Origin: Treponemataceae bacterium
Lineage (GTDB): Bacteria > Spirochaetota > Spirochaetia > Treponematales > Rectinemataceae
DNA length: 64,000 bases
NCBI GenBank assembly: GCA_963667725.2
Contig: CAXXHO010000003.1
Span: 1,376,001-1,440,000, forward strand
Reading direction: 5' to 3'
Shown here: positions 51,092 through 61,414 of the stretch, in pieces
Layout of the letters: each line of letters opens with the position of its first letter
How positions within the stretch are numbered: the stretch's first letter is position 1
Position numbers and translations under genes: made by a program
Notes under the pieces: generated by a model
The model's database searches: none
What the model saw: the letters and a program-made list of their open reading frames with translations, nothing else
What the model was told of the DNA's origin: nothing

Positions 51092-52065
51092 TACATAGCC
51101 TTGAGATCGGCCTCGCTGGAGCAGGTTCCCTTCGCGAGAAAGTCCCTTATATTCCCCACGGTTATATCTATCGCGCGCAGCGTCGCCTGGTTCGTCGTGC
51201 CGCCTACGTGGGGCGACAGGATTACGTTGGGAAGCTCGTGAATCGGGAATCGCGAAGGAGGGCCGTTTCTGCCAGTCTGAGGATAGGTGTACCAGGTATC
51301 GATCGCCGCCGCCCTGAGAACCCCATCCTTAAGCGCGAGGTAGAGGCCTTCCTCGTCCACGATAGAGCCCCTTCCCACGTTCACCAGGACCTTGTCCTTC
51401 ATCGTGGCGAGTATTTCCCTGGTCAGCAGCCCGTCGGTGAGGGGCGTCGCCGGCAAGGCGACAAAGACGATCTCGGCTCTGGCGATCGCTTCTTTCAGGT
51501 CGGGAATTACTTCGTCAAAGCCTTCGGGAAGCGCCATGCCCGTCTTCCGGCGCCATCCGTACACCTCGCAATGAAAGGCCTTGAGGAGCTTCGCGAGTTC
51601 GCATCCTATCGCCCCCGTGCCCAGAATCGCGCACTTATGTCCGAAGAGACTGTCCCAGTTGTCCTCGGCGCCTCGCCTTACCCAGAATCCGTGCCAGAGC
51701 CCTTGCTTGAGGTCGTTATGGTATTCGACGATGCGGCCGAAGTAGGCCAAGGTCATGGCCAGAGCTTTTTCAGCCACGTCGAAGGCGTTCGCGTGGACAT
51801 TGTAGACATGGACGCCGCGATCGGCCAGTTGCCTCAGGGGCAGATGGTTGATGCCGGTAAAAGACTGAAAAATGGCTTTCAGTCGAGGCGAGGCGAGGTA
51901 GGTTTCCTTTGGCAGCTGGCCCGCGAGCAGCGCGTCCAGCTCTGTCGCCTCCGGCGCGTCCGGTTTCAGGCCATGGAGGAAGGTATGCTGCGGAAATTCC
52001 AGCCTGAGAGCATCGATGCGCCCCTCCCACACGGAATGCTGTGGCATGAACGAGCCTATGATCAT
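51088..52065 (-). CDS. D-2-hydroxyacid dehydrogenase family protein
   Basis: ILGTGAIG, LVNVGRG, AAIDTW and SPHVGG; start MIIGS at 52065 after AAGGAG. Confidence 0.9.
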   Translation of the reverse strand: MIIGSFMPQHSVWEGRIDALRLEFPQHTFLHGLKPDAPEATELDALLAGQLPKETYLASPRLKAIFQSFTGINHLPLRQLADRGVHVYNVHANAFDVAEKALAMTLAYFGRIVEYHNDLKQGLWHGFWVRRGAEDNWDSLFGHKCAILGTGAIGCELAKLLKAFHCEVYGWRRKTGMALPEGFDEVIPDLKEAIARAEIVFVALPATPLTDGLLTREILATMKDKVLVNVGRGSIVDEEGLYLALKDGVLRAAAIDTWYTYPQTGRNGPPSRFPIHELPNVILSPHVGGTTNQATLRAIDITVGNIRDFLAKGTCSSEADLKAMY

Positions 52066-52295
52066 GATGTGCTCCTTTCGTTTGATTTCGTCTGTCAGGA
52101 TAGAGGGAGATCCAGCCGTTTTCAAGGCTCCCGGGGATATTGTGGCAAAAGGTTGGCGGACAGAGTCTGTTTCCTGCTGGTAGGGCCGGAAAAATGTGAT
52201 ATACATTAAGCAAAGGGATTTTTGCCCTGGCCTTTAATGCCGATAAATTAAATATAATATGCATACCCGCATAGAGTTCCAAGGAGAGGTAGACG

Positions 52296-55070
52296 ATGAT
52301 ACAGAAAATCAAGCGCGGACGATGGACAATCCTCGCAGCATTGGCGACGATCTTGCTGGCCGCATCATGCGCGAGCGCGCCGCCGCCCAAAGAAGTCACG
52401 CTCTCCGATCTCGTGGTCGCCGGTGACATTTCGGCGATCAAGAAGTTCTACGCGAATCAGGAACAGCTCAACATGAAGGATGGGCAGGGGCTGTATCCTC
52501 TACATTACGCCGTCATGAGGGGAGACGCTCAGATAGCGGAAATTCTGATTGTGCTGGGCGCGAAACCCGACATGCAGGATCCAGCCGGCAAGACGCCCCT
52601 GCGTTACGCGATCGACCGCAAGCAGATAGCGTCGGCTAAAATGCTTGTGGACAGGGGCGCCAATCCCTTCATCAGCGACGCCGCTGGTTCCACGCCCGCC
52701 GAAGCTGTTTTGAACGCGGGCCCCGAGATGATCAACGCGGTCTTCAACGCCAAGAACATAGACGGTTCCGGGCAGGATGGAAGAACCATCCTCCACATGG
52801 CCGCCGACGGCCTCAAAGTAACCGAAACCGGACTGCTTCTAGACCTTGGAGCGTCCGTCCAGAGAAAAGACAAGGCGGAGCGCACCGCCCTCGATCTCGC
52901 CCTCCTCCAGCCGAGGGAAAAGAACGCGGCCATCATAGCGGAAAAACTCATCCAGAAGGGAGCCAATCCCTCTTTCCCCGAATTCTCCTGGTTCGCCACG
53001 ACGGTCCGTTCTGCGGACTACAACACGGTCCGGTTCAGCAACGGCAACACGCCGCTCCACGAAGCCATTTCGCGCTTCCAGCTGGGCTTCGCCGACTTCC
53101 TCCTCTCCAAGGGACTCACGCCCAACATCAAGAATGTCGGCGGCGACGCGCCTCTGCACAGCACCGTCAAGACGGGCTGGTTGGAGGGGGCCGAACTCCT
53201 TCTCAAGAATGGCGCCGATCCCGACATCAGGGACGGAAAGAACAATACGCCCCTCCACCTGCCGGCCCCGGCCACGCTCAGACTTCAGGTGACGCAGCTT
53301 CTCCTGCGCTACAAGGCCGACCCCTCCCTCAAGGACCAGGACGGCAACACCGCGCTTCACAAGGCGGTAAAGCTGGCATACGAGCCCATGATCGTCGAGG
53401 AACTCCTCAAGGCGGGAACCCCCGTGAATTCGGCCAACCTCGAGGGAGACACTCCCCTCATGATCTGCGTGAAGGCAGGCAACTACCAGTATGCCGACGC
53501 CCTCATCACCGCGGGAGCCGATGTATTCCTCCGCAACCTGAAAGACGAAAGCCCGCTCTCCATCGCGGTCGGCAGAGGCATCGAAGCCGTGGATAAAATC
53601 GTCCTGAAAACCAATGTCCTCCAGCGCGACAACCTCGGCAACAGCGTCATCGCCACCGCCGTGGGCATGAAGGGCTCGCCCGAAGTCGTCTCCCTCATCC
53701 TTTCCAAGGGCGGCGATCCCAACATCAGGAACAACTCAGGCGACAACGCCCTCCATGTGGCGGTAAGGCTCAATCTCGCCCAGCAGGGCCTTCTCCTCAT
53801 CAACGCCAAGGCCGACATTTTCGCCGCCAACGCCACCAAGGACACGCCGGTTTTCCTCGCCCTCGCGGCGGCCGACGGCCCCTACGACTGGTTCTTCATT
53901 CCCTCCGTCATCACGGCCCGCGACTCCAACGGAGACACGGTGGGCCACCTCGCCGCCCGCAAAGACCTGGCCGATGGCCTGGATTACCTGCGCGGCAGGG
54001 GAGCCGACCTTGAGGCCGTCAACTCGGCGAGGGAAACCCTCCTCCACGCCGCCGTTCGCACCGACGCCGCCGAGGCGACGCGCTACCTGATCGCCAGCGG
54101 CGCATCCCTCACGGCCCGCGACATCAACGGCGACGCTCCGCTCAACGTGGCCGTCCTCGCCGGAGCCAAGACCTGTCTTCAGGTTCTCGTGCTTTCGGGC
54201 GTCGACCTAAACGCACGCAACTTCACCGGGGAAGCGGCCCTCCATCAGGCCGTGCGCAAACAGAACAGCGCCTTCGCGACCTATCTCGTGGACCGCGGGG
54301 CCCTGCTCGAGGTGAGGGACAACAGGGGACTGACGCCTCTGGCCGTGGCCGCCCGCGAGGCCCAGACCTCCATCGCGCAGTATTTCGTGAAGGCGGGAGC
54401 CCGTATCGACGCCCGCGACAACGCCGGTTCCACTCCACTCTATCAGGCGGTCGAAACCAGTCAGCTTGATCTCATCCGCGTTCTCGTGCAGTCCGGAGCC
54501 GATATCCTGGCCAGGAACGCCGCGGGTGATTATCCCCTCTACGCTTCGCTCAAGAAAGGCCAGTCCGTTCTGAGGGAAATCCTCGGCAACGGCTCCATGG
54601 ACAAGGGCGATTCCGACGGAAAGACGCCCCTGAGGCTGCTCGTCGAGACGAGGGCTTCACCTGACATGCTAACCCTCGCGCTGAGCCTGGGAGCCGATCC
54701 TTCTAGCAGGGACAAGTTCGCCAACACTCCTCTCCATGCCGCCCTGAACCAGAAGGACAACGCCACGGCGGCCCTTCTGCTCAAAGCCAAGGCTGACCCC
54801 TTCGCGCCCAACTATCAGGGCGTGACGCCTATCTCGCTCGCCCTCGCCGACCCCGCCGTTCTCAAGGACTTCGCGCAGGCCGCCGGTCTCGACGCCGCTG
54901 ATGTCCTGGGCGAAGGCTTCCTGCACTATGCGGTCAGGACTGGCAGAGGCGACGCGGTAAAGCTCCTTATCGACCTCGGAGCCGACAAGAACGCCAGGAA
55001 CATCTCAGGCGAGACCGCCTTCGATGTGGCGAAGACCAAGGGCGATACCGCCATACTGACAATGTTCTGA
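52296..55070 (+). CDS. Ankyrin-repeat lipoprotein (924 aa)
   Basis: Lipobox LLAASC; roughly 20+ G-x-TPLH-type ankyrin repeats. Confidence 0.9.
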   Translation: MIQKIKRGRWTILAALATILLAASCASAPPPKEVTLSDLVVAGDISAIKKFYANQEQLNMKDGQGLYPLHYAVMRGDAQIAEILIVLGAKPDMQDPAGKTPLRYAIDRKQIASAKMLVDRGANPFISDAAGSTPAEAVLNAGPEMINAVFNAKNIDGSGQDGRTILHMAADGLKVTETGLLLDLGASVQRKDKAERTALDLALLQPREKNAAIIAEKLIQKGANPSFPEFSWFATTVRSADYNTVRFSNGNTPLHEAISRFQLGFADFLLSKGLTPNIKNVGGDAPLHSTVKTGWLEGAELLLKNGADPDIRDGKNNTPLHLPAPATLRLQVTQLLLRYKADPSLKDQDGNTALHKAVKLAYEPMIVEELLKAGTPVNSANLEGDTPLMICVKAGNYQYADALITAGADVFLRNLKDESPLSIAVGRGIEAVDKIVLKTNVLQRDNLGNSVIATAVGMKGSPEVVSLILSKGGDPNIRNNSGDNALHVAVRLNLAQQGLLLINAKADIFAANATKDTPVFLALAAADGPYDWFFIPSVITARDSNGDTVGHLAARKDLADGLDYLRGRGADLEAVNSARETLLHAAVRTDAAEATRYLIASGASLTARDINGDAPLNVAVLAGAKTCLQVLVLSGVDLNARNFTGEAALHQAVRKQNSAFATYLVDRGALLEVRDNRGLTPLAVAAREAQTSIAQYFVKAGARIDARDNAGSTPLYQAVETSQLDLIRVLVQSGADILARNAAGDYPLYASLKKGQSVLREILGNGSMDKGDSDGKTPLRLLVETRASPDMLTLALSLGADPSSRDKFANTPLHAALNQKDNATAALLLKAKADPFAPNYQGVTPISLALADPAVLKDFAQAAGLDAADVLGEGFLHYAVRTGRGDAVKLLIDLGADKNARNISGETAFDVAKTKGDTAILTMF

Positions 55071-55091
55071 TAAAGGAATCATCATAGCGAT

Positions 55092-55123
55092 AAAAAAAGG
55101 CTGCCACGATGGCAGCCTTTTTT
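55092..55123. terminator. Bidirectional intrinsic terminator
   Basis: AAAAAAAGGCTGCCA-CGA-TGGCAGCCTTTTTT between convergent genes. Confidence 0.85.
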
Positions 55124-55170
55124 ATTTCATGCGTCGGAGGACCCAGGCCTCGGGAGCTGTCTGTGCGATT

Positions 55171-56193
55171 TCAGGAACCACACTCCGAAAGTTCCTTTCT
55201 CTGCCTGAGCTTTTCAAGGGCTCTTTCCTGAATCTGGCGGACTCGCTCCCTCGTAATGCCCAGAACCTTGCCCGTTTCCTCGAGCGTATGGGTCGATTCG
55301 CCGGAAAGGCCGTACCGGAGCTTCAGTATCGTCGTCTCCCTTTCGCTCAGGTCGCTGAGTATGCAGTCCAGCAGCTCCTTCATCGTCGCGGTAAAGGCTT
55401 CCGAATAAGGATCGATGCCGGTCTCGTCGCTGATGACGTCGGAGAGGGAGGTGCTGTTCTCGTCGTCGATAGCTGAATCCAGGCTTGCCGTGTTCTGGGA
55501 AAACTCCATGACTTTCAGCACTTTTTGTCTCGTCATATCCACGCGTCTGGCCAGTTCGTCGACTTCGGGAGCCCGGCCCAATTCCTGGGTGAGCTGTTTG
55601 GAGGCGTAGTAACATTTGCGTATCGTATTGAGCATGTGGACGGGAATTCTGATGACCCTGCCCTGGTCCGCCAGGCTTTTGATTATGGCCTGCCTAATCC
55701 ACCAGGTGGCGTAGGTGGAAAACCTATAGCCGCGAGCGTAGTCGAAACGGGCCACCGCTTCCAGAAGGCCGATATTGCCCTCGTCTATAAGATCGAGAAG
55801 CCCCAGGCCCCTGTGCTGATAGCTCTTGGCGATGGAGACGACGAGGCGCAGATTGGAGCTGATCATTATCTGTTTGGTATTGGTCTGCTGTTTTTCCAGC
55901 TCGGCGAGTTCCCCGCCGAAACAGGCGTTCCCCTCTTCATTGATCCTTAGGCGCAGCGTCTCTATACGTTTGGTCAGATCCTGGATTTCTTTTCCGATTC
56001 GCTGCTCCTCTTCGGCATTGAGGAGGCGGAATTTCGCTATCTGGAGGAGGTAAAGAGAGAGGGGGTCTTTCTCTTCAAAATGGCGTTTTTTCTTGTCAGG
56101 ATGAATTTTGGAAACGTGGGGCGCTTCATGTCTCGAGCCAAGGGTTTAAGGAAGAGTATCGCGAGTTTCGCCGGTCGGTTCTTTCTTCGCCAT
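55171..56193 (-). CDS. RNA polymerase sigma-70 family group 1/2 (RpoS-like) factor with an interrupted 5' end (in-frame TAA at 56148-56146)
   Basis: Region 1.2 [21 protein letters not shown], region 2 [33 protein letters not shown] and region 4 [15 protein letters not shown] are all in one frame; the ORF-track start (55866) omits region 1.2; true start unresolved. Confidence 0.85.
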
Positions 56194-56238
56194 GGTCCTG
56201 CTTTTTCGAACCTTTCGTCTTGCTGCTACTAAAACAAT

Positions 56239-56254
56239 AGCATGAGCCAGGCCA
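56239..56254 (-). promoter_or_regulatory. Putative sigma54 (-24/-12) promoter
   Basis: TGGCCTGGCTCATGCT = GG-N10-GC with TGGC/TGCT cores, preceded by an AT-rich tract (56265-56298). Confidence 0.6.
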
Positions 56255-56298
56255 CGTTGGAAGAACAAAAATGAAAATATTATGAAAAATTATTACAT

Positions 56299-57270
56299 CT
56301 AGTCGCGGGGAGCCAGGGCGGGATCGATGGGCTGGCCGTTTCTGAAAACGAAGAAATAGGCTATGGGCGAACCATCCTTGGCGTCGATGCCGATCTTGCC
56401 GATCTCCCGGCCCGAGGCCACCACGTCTCCCGTCTTCACCGAAAGGGCTTCGTTGCCGCCATAAACATAGACATAGCCCGATTTCGCCTGAATGAAAGCC
56501 ACCTGGTTGAAACCTCTGGAGGGTCCAGCGGACACGACGGTGCCTGAGGCGACGGCTTTGGCCATCTCGCCCGGCTTGACGCGTATCATGATCCCCTCGA
56601 GCTTACCGTCCAGATACATGGCCTTGCCGGGGACCGGCCAATCCAGCTTCATGTCCACCGCCCTGTCCTGCGTTTTCACCGGATCGGGCATAGGAACATA
56701 GGTGGCGGCAGGAACTTCCGGCTTGGCCCCTGTCTTCACGACGCTCGTGGTAGTCGTAGGCTTGAGGGCGGGGCTGACGGTGGTAGTCGTCTTGGCGGCC
56801 GTCGTCGCCGTCGTCTTGGCGGCGATCGTCGTGGTCGTCGATACGGGCGTCAAAGCCAGGGTCGTGGAGGGGATGGAAAGCGGCGGCGGGGAAGCGTTTT
56901 CGGCCAGCTTCATGCCCGGCACTATCAGCGTGTCCCCGATCTTCAGGACATAACCGGCGCTGAGCTTGTTGGAAGCGAGGAGATCGTCGACCGTGACGCC
57001 ATATTGCCTGGACAGGCCGAAGAGCGTCTCGCCCTTGGCGACGACGTGAACCGAGGGAATGATGAGGACCGTACCGATCCTCAGCTTCGTGGGGTCGGTT
57101 ATCCCGTTGGCGGCGGCCAGGGCCTCGTAGGAGACCTTGTACTTGCGGGATATGGAATACAGCGTTTCGCCCTTCTCCAGGCTATGGGTGAGCGGATCCA
57201 CGGCGAATGCCGGCATCGACAGAAACATGAGGGCGCATATGGTTATAGTTCTGAATATAGCTTTCTTCAT
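56299..57270 (-). CDS. LysM-LysM / M23 family protein (NlpD-like, catalytic residues degenerate)
   Basis: Signal peptide, two LysM domains (GETLYSISRKY, GETLFGLSRQY), Thr-rich linker; WPVPG and VKTGDVV..G.EIG; lacks HxxxD/HxH. Confidence 0.85.
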   Translation of the reverse strand: MKKAIFRTITICALMFLSMPAFAVDPLTHSLEKGETLYSISRKYKVSYEALAAANGITDPTKLRIGTVLIIPSVHVVAKGETLFGLSRQYGVTVDDLLASNKLSAGYVLKIGDTLIVPGMKLAENASPPPLSIPSTTLALTPVSTTTTIAAKTTATTAAKTTTTVSPALKPTTTTSVVKTGAKPEVPAATYVPMPDPVKTQDRAVDMKLDWPVPGKAMYLDGKLEGIMIRVKPGEMAKAVASGTVVSAGPSRGFNQVAFIQAKSGYVYVYGGNEALSVKTGDVVASGREIGKIGIDAKDGSPIAYFFVFRNGQPIDPALAPRD

Positions 57271-57443
57271 TATTATTCCTTTTCGAGTATCGGCAGAAAA
57301 CCTCAAAGCATTGAGGAAGGTTTCGGAAAAACACGATAACCACATTAAAGCAAATAAGGTTGGCGCAGCCGTGGTTACGCTCTTTTCATTTTACTATCAA
57401 ACAGGTAGAATTATCTATATTATTTTCCAGGAGATTACAAGTC

Positions 57444-59102
57444 ATGTCCGAGCGTTCACCTCTGCATAATGCGCGCTTTGCCTATATCCCCAAAATGCCG
57501 GAGATCTACGCGTCCCCGGTTTCCGCGATCAAGGCCGTGCCCACGGAAATCATAGAGCCGAAATACGATAAGAAAAGCCTGCGGGATATTTTCACCCACA
57601 GTTTCGGGAAACCGGCGGTAAAATTCGCCTCCGGCGACAATAGCTTCGCCTCCAACCCACTCACGATAGGCGTCCTCCTCTCAGGCGGACCCGCCCCGGG
57701 CGGGCACAATGTGATAGCCGGACTCTTCGACGGGCTGAAACGCGGCTCGTCGGAATCCAGGCTCATCGGCTTCAAGGGAGGCCCCGGCGGCCTCGTCGAC
57801 GACAAGTTCGTCGAGATCACGGCCGAACTCGTGGATTCCTACAGGAACACGGGCGGATTCGATATGGTGGGTTCAGGCAGGACAAAGATCGAGACGCCGG
57901 AACAGTTTGAGAAAGCCCTGTCCAACGCGATGAACCACCAGCTCGACGCCCTCGTCATTGTCGGCGGCGACGATTCCAACACGAACGCGGCCCTCCTCGC
58001 CGAATATTTCGCCTCGCGCGGGACTTCCATCGCTGTCGTGGGCGTTCCCAAGACGATAGACGGCGACCTCAAGAACGAGTGGATCGAGGCTTCCTTCGGC
58101 TTCGACACGGCCACGAAGACCTATTCGGAACTGATCGGCAACATCTGCCGCGACGCCCCCTCGGGACGGAAGTACTGGCACTTCATCAGGGTCATGGGCC
58201 GTTCCGCTTCCCATATCGCCCTCGAGTGCGCCCTCCAGACGAGACCCAACGTGGCCCTCATCTCCGAGGAAGTGGAAGCCAGGAAGATGAGCCTCGCGCA
58301 GATCGTCGACATCATAGCCTCCTCCGTCGCGGCCAGGGCCGCCAAGGGAGAGAATTTCGGCGTCGTCATCATTCCCGAGGGACTCATCGAATTCGTCCCC
58401 GAGATGAAAACCCTGATCGCCGGCATCAACGAGCTGCTCGCGCACGAATCGGAGGCCTTCAAGGCCCTCCCCTCGCCGGACGCGCAGATAGCATTCATAT
58501 CAGGGAAACTCCCCGCCGAATCGGCGGCCCTCTTCAATTCCCTTCCCCGCGACATAAGCGCACAGCTCTGCTGGGACAGGGACCCGCACGGCAACGTGCA
58601 GGTATCCAGGATCGAGACCGAGAAGCTTCTCGTCTCCATGGTCAGGGAAAAGCTCTCGAAACTGGCGGCCAAGGGCGACTACAAGGGCAAGTTCGACTAC
58701 CAGACCCATTTCATGGGCTACGAGGGCCGCTGCGCCTTTCCCACCAACTTCGACGCCGACTACTGCTACTCGCTCGGCTTCACCGCCTATCTTCTCGCGC
58801 TCTACGGCTTCTCGGGCTACATCGCCTCCATCCGCAACCTGGCCGCGCCCGCCCGCGAATGGATCCCCGGCGGCATCCCCCTCGTTTCGATGATGAACAT
58901 CGAGCACCGCCATGGAAGCGACAAGCCCGTCATAAGAAAAGCGCTCGTGGAGCTGGACGGAAAACCCTTTAGATTCTTCTCTGAGCAGAGGGATAAATGG
59001 GCGCTCTCCTCGGATTACCGGCTTCCCGGAAGCATCCAGTATTTCGGGCCGCCCGCCGTCACCGACATGCCCAGCCTCATCATCCAGATAGAACGGAGTT
59101 GA
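57444..59102 (+). CDS. pfp: Pyrophosphate-dependent phosphofructokinase
   Basis: [27 protein letters not shown] and MGRSASH; ATG 57444 after AGGAG. Confidence 0.95.
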   Translation: MSERSPLHNARFAYIPKMPEIYASPVSAIKAVPTEIIEPKYDKKSLRDIFTHSFGKPAVKFASGDNSFASNPLTIGVLLSGGPAPGGHNVIAGLFDGLKRGSSESRLIGFKGGPGGLVDDKFVEITAELVDSYRNTGGFDMVGSGRTKIETPEQFEKALSNAMNHQLDALVIVGGDDSNTNAALLAEYFASRGTSIAVVGVPKTIDGDLKNEWIEASFGFDTATKTYSELIGNICRDAPSGRKYWHFIRVMGRSASHIALECALQTRPNVALISEEVEARKMSLAQIVDIIASSVAARAAKGENFGVVIIPEGLIEFVPEMKTLIAGINELLAHESEAFKALPSPDAQIAFISGKLPAESAALFNSLPRDISAQLCWDRDPHGNVQVSRIETEKLLVSMVREKLSKLAAKGDYKGKFDYQTHFMGYEGRCAFPTNFDADYCYSLGFTAYLLALYGFSGYIASIRNLAAPAREWIPGGIPLVSMMNIEHRHGSDKPVIRKALVELDGKPFRFFSEQRDKWALSSDYRLPGSIQYFGPPAVTDMPSLIIQIERS

Positions 59103-59106
59103 TCGA

Positions 59107-59781
59107 ATGAAACGAACCCCCGTCATCGTTGTTTTTCTGCTGTTAACGATCCTGTCCGCCGGCGCCCAGGCAATTATCACCGCCGAGCAGTTTTTTTCGA
59201 AAGTATCCGACAAGTATTCATCGGTCGAGGATTTCGAGGCTTCGATCGCCATATCCAACGCCAGCCAGCCGATGATGGGGAAGCTGTATTTCAAATCGCC
59301 GTCATTGCTCCGTATTGACTTCACCCAGCCTCCCGAGCAGGTCATCGTCTTCGACGGGGAGAGGCTCGTCGTCTATATTCCGCAGTACAGGGCCGTGCTG
59401 CAGCAGGATACGGGCAGCGCCGGGCTTGGCGCTGGCGCGGCCGCGCTCGCGTCCAGGGAAGGCCTCTCCATGATGAAGCGTAACTATACGATCGCCTGGG
59501 AGACTTCTTCGCAGGCGGTGGCGCTCGATCAGGAGCATCCCGAATTGGTTCACAAGATGATGCTCACGCGAAAGACCGTCGTGGAAGGATTCAAGACGAT
59601 CCGCATCGCTATTTCGCAGGATAGTCTCTTGATCCGCCGCATCGAGGGCTGGACGGTCGCCAACGAGAGAATCGCTTTTGATTTTACCGCGGTAAAGCAG
59701 AATCAGAACATTCCCGCGACGAGGTTCCTTTACGACGCTCCGGCGAGCGCCAACGTATACAACAACTTCCTTTTCCAATAA
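59107..59781 (+). CDS. lolA: Outer-membrane lipoprotein carrier LolA family
   Basis: Signal peptide; GKLYFKSPSLLRIDFTQPPEQVIVFDG. Confidence 0.8.
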   Translation: MKRTPVIVVFLLLTILSAGAQAIITAEQFFSKVSDKYSSVEDFEASIAISNASQPMMGKLYFKSPSLLRIDFTQPPEQVIVFDGERLVVYIPQYRAVLQQDTGSAGLGAGAAALASREGLSMMKRNYTIAWETSSQAVALDQEHPELVHKMMLTRKTVVEGFKTIRIAISQDSLLIRRIEGWTVANERIAFDFTAVKQNQNIPATRFLYDAPASANVYNNFLFQ

Positions 59782-59801
59782 CGCGAGGCGAAGAAGTCCT
59801 G

Positions 59802-61406
59802 ATGGCTAAAATAGGTTCGAAAATACAAGAGACAAGGCTCAGGAAGGGACTCACCCTTGAGCGTATCGCCGATGACACCAACATCAGCATAAGGTTTCTC
59901 TCCAAGATCGAAAACGACGACTTCAGCGGTTTCCCGGGCGAGCCTTACGTCATCGGCTTCATAAGGAATTACGCTGAATATCTCGGCCTCGACCCCGATG
60001 TCATGATAGCCCGCTACAGAAACAAGGAAGCCGATTCTTCGGATATGCCTTCTTCGGCCACGGCGACGGGGACCCAAGAGGTTGCCCGGGCGGCTGAGGC
60101 TGAGGCCGCTGCGGCTGCGGAGGCCCAAGAGGTTGCACGGGCGGCGGGGGCTCAGGTCGCCGCGGCTCCGGGGGCTCGGGAAGCGGCGGTCCATGCCGCG
60201 GCCCAGACGACGGAGGCGGTTTCCATGGTGCCCGCCAAAGATCCGGCGGATACTCAAAAAACCGCCACGGTCACCCCGGAAATCGACGAGACTAAAAAAC
60301 CCAAGAAAACCAGGAAGGCTAGACCTGTCGCCGCGACGGCCTCGGACCTCGCGACGGTCGCTGCCGTACCCGCTTCGCTCGCAGCGCCCGTACTCTCGTC
60401 CGGCGCCGCAGGCGCGTCCGCGATATCCGTATCCGGCGCGTCTGCCGTGTCCGGCGCGTCAGGCGAAGGTCATGTCGGGGAACCTCGTCGCGACAAGACA
60501 AAACATACGACAAGGCATGTGGTGGAGATACCCGCGGCCGCGCCTCCCTCTCTCTCACTTCCGGCGAGAAAAGACGACTCCAAACCGACCCTCCGGACAA
60601 TCATCGTGGCAATTCTCGCCATATCGATCGTAGCGGTGGCGCTTCTCTGGATTGTGGCCGGAGGCAGGACTCAGCTGGCGAAACTGGCCGTGGCCGAGAA
60701 GAAACCGGCCGAATACAGGGTGGAAGGCAGTCCCTTCGAGATGCGCCTCTATGTGGACGACAGCCTGCTTGTTCCGGTCGGCAGCGACGTCTATAAGCTG
60801 CGCCTCGCCTCGATCGGCGAAAAAGTCACAATCGAAACGCCATTCGGTCCTTTCGAATTGGCCCTTGGCGAAACAGGCCCCCTCGACACCGACAGCGATG
60901 GAACAGCCGAAGCCTCGATTACTGTCGGCGATTTCGAGAAGAATCGCGCTGCTTCAGGCGCCCTCCTGAAAGTGGAATTCGCGCCGGCTGAGATCACTGA
61001 AGAGACGGAAGGCGAAGTCACGATACCCGAAACCCAGGCGACGGCCGCCGCTGCCGCCAACGCGACAAGTCCCAAGACGGACACACTCATCATCAAGTCC
61101 ACGCGGGGACCCTACCCCTTCGTCGTCCAGGCTACCTTCAGAGGGAATTGCCTATTCCGCTATGAAGCCGACAGGAAGGAATGGGTCGAAAAGTACTTCT
61201 CCAAGGGAGAAAGCATTACCCTTAACGTGAGCAACGGACTCACCGTCTGGGCGTCGAACGCCCAGGCCGTAAAGCTGAGTTTCCAGGCCTCGGGCGGCAA
61301 GACGGCCGACCTCGAAATCGGCGCCCCGGGTGAAATCGCCGTCAAGAAAATCGCCTGGACTCGTGACGGCAGCTCATGGGCTCTCATCTCATCCAATCTC
61401 GATTGA
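59802..61406 (+). CDS. rodZ: RodZ-like HTH membrane protein
   Basis: IGSKIQETRLRKGLTLE..FLSKIENDDF..GFIRNYAEYLGLD; single TM; position between lolA and rimO. Confidence 0.75.
   Translation: MAKIGSKIQETRLRKGLTLERIADDTNISIRFLSKIENDDFSGFPGEPYVIGFIRNYAEYLGLDPDVMIARYRNKEADSSDMPSSATATGTQEVARAAEAEAAAAAEAQEVARAAGAQVAAAPGAREAAVHAAAQTTEAVSMVPAKDPADTQKTATVTPEIDETKKPKKTRKARPVAATASDLATVAAVPASLAAPVLSSGAAGASAISVSGASAVSGASGEGHVGEPRRDKTKHTTRHVVEIPAAAPPSLSLPARKDDSKPTLRTIIVAILAISIVAVALLWIVAGGRTQLAKLAVAEKKPAEYRVEGSPFEMRLYVDDSLLVPVGSDVYKLRLASIGEKVTIETPFGPFELALGETGPLDTDSDGTAEASITVGDFEKNRAASGALLKVEFAPAEITEETEGEVTIPETQATAAAAANATSPKTDTLIIKSTRGPYPFVVQATFRGNCLFRYEADRKEWVEKYFSKGESITLNVSNGLTVWASNAQAVKLSFQASGGKTADLEIGAPGEIAVKKIAWTRDGSSWALISSNLD
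60073..60200 (+). repeat. Imperfect 51-bp (17-aa) tandem repeat in the rodZ linker
   Basis: CCCAAGAGGTTGCCCGGGCGGC at 60073 and CCCAAGAGGTTGCACGGGCGGC at 60124; QEVARAA twice. Confidence 0.7.
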
Positions 61407-61414
61407 GGATAAGC

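Noticed and set aside
52296..55070. Periodic DNA similarity as a CRISPR-like or DNA repeat array
   Set aside because: The periodicity comes from ankyrin coding repeats; no identical repeat-spacer array anywhere in the window
55171..55866. 231-aa sigma factor starting at ATG 55866 as the complete gene
   Set aside because: It begins right at region 2.1 without a clear RBS, and conserved region 1.2 lies in frame upstream
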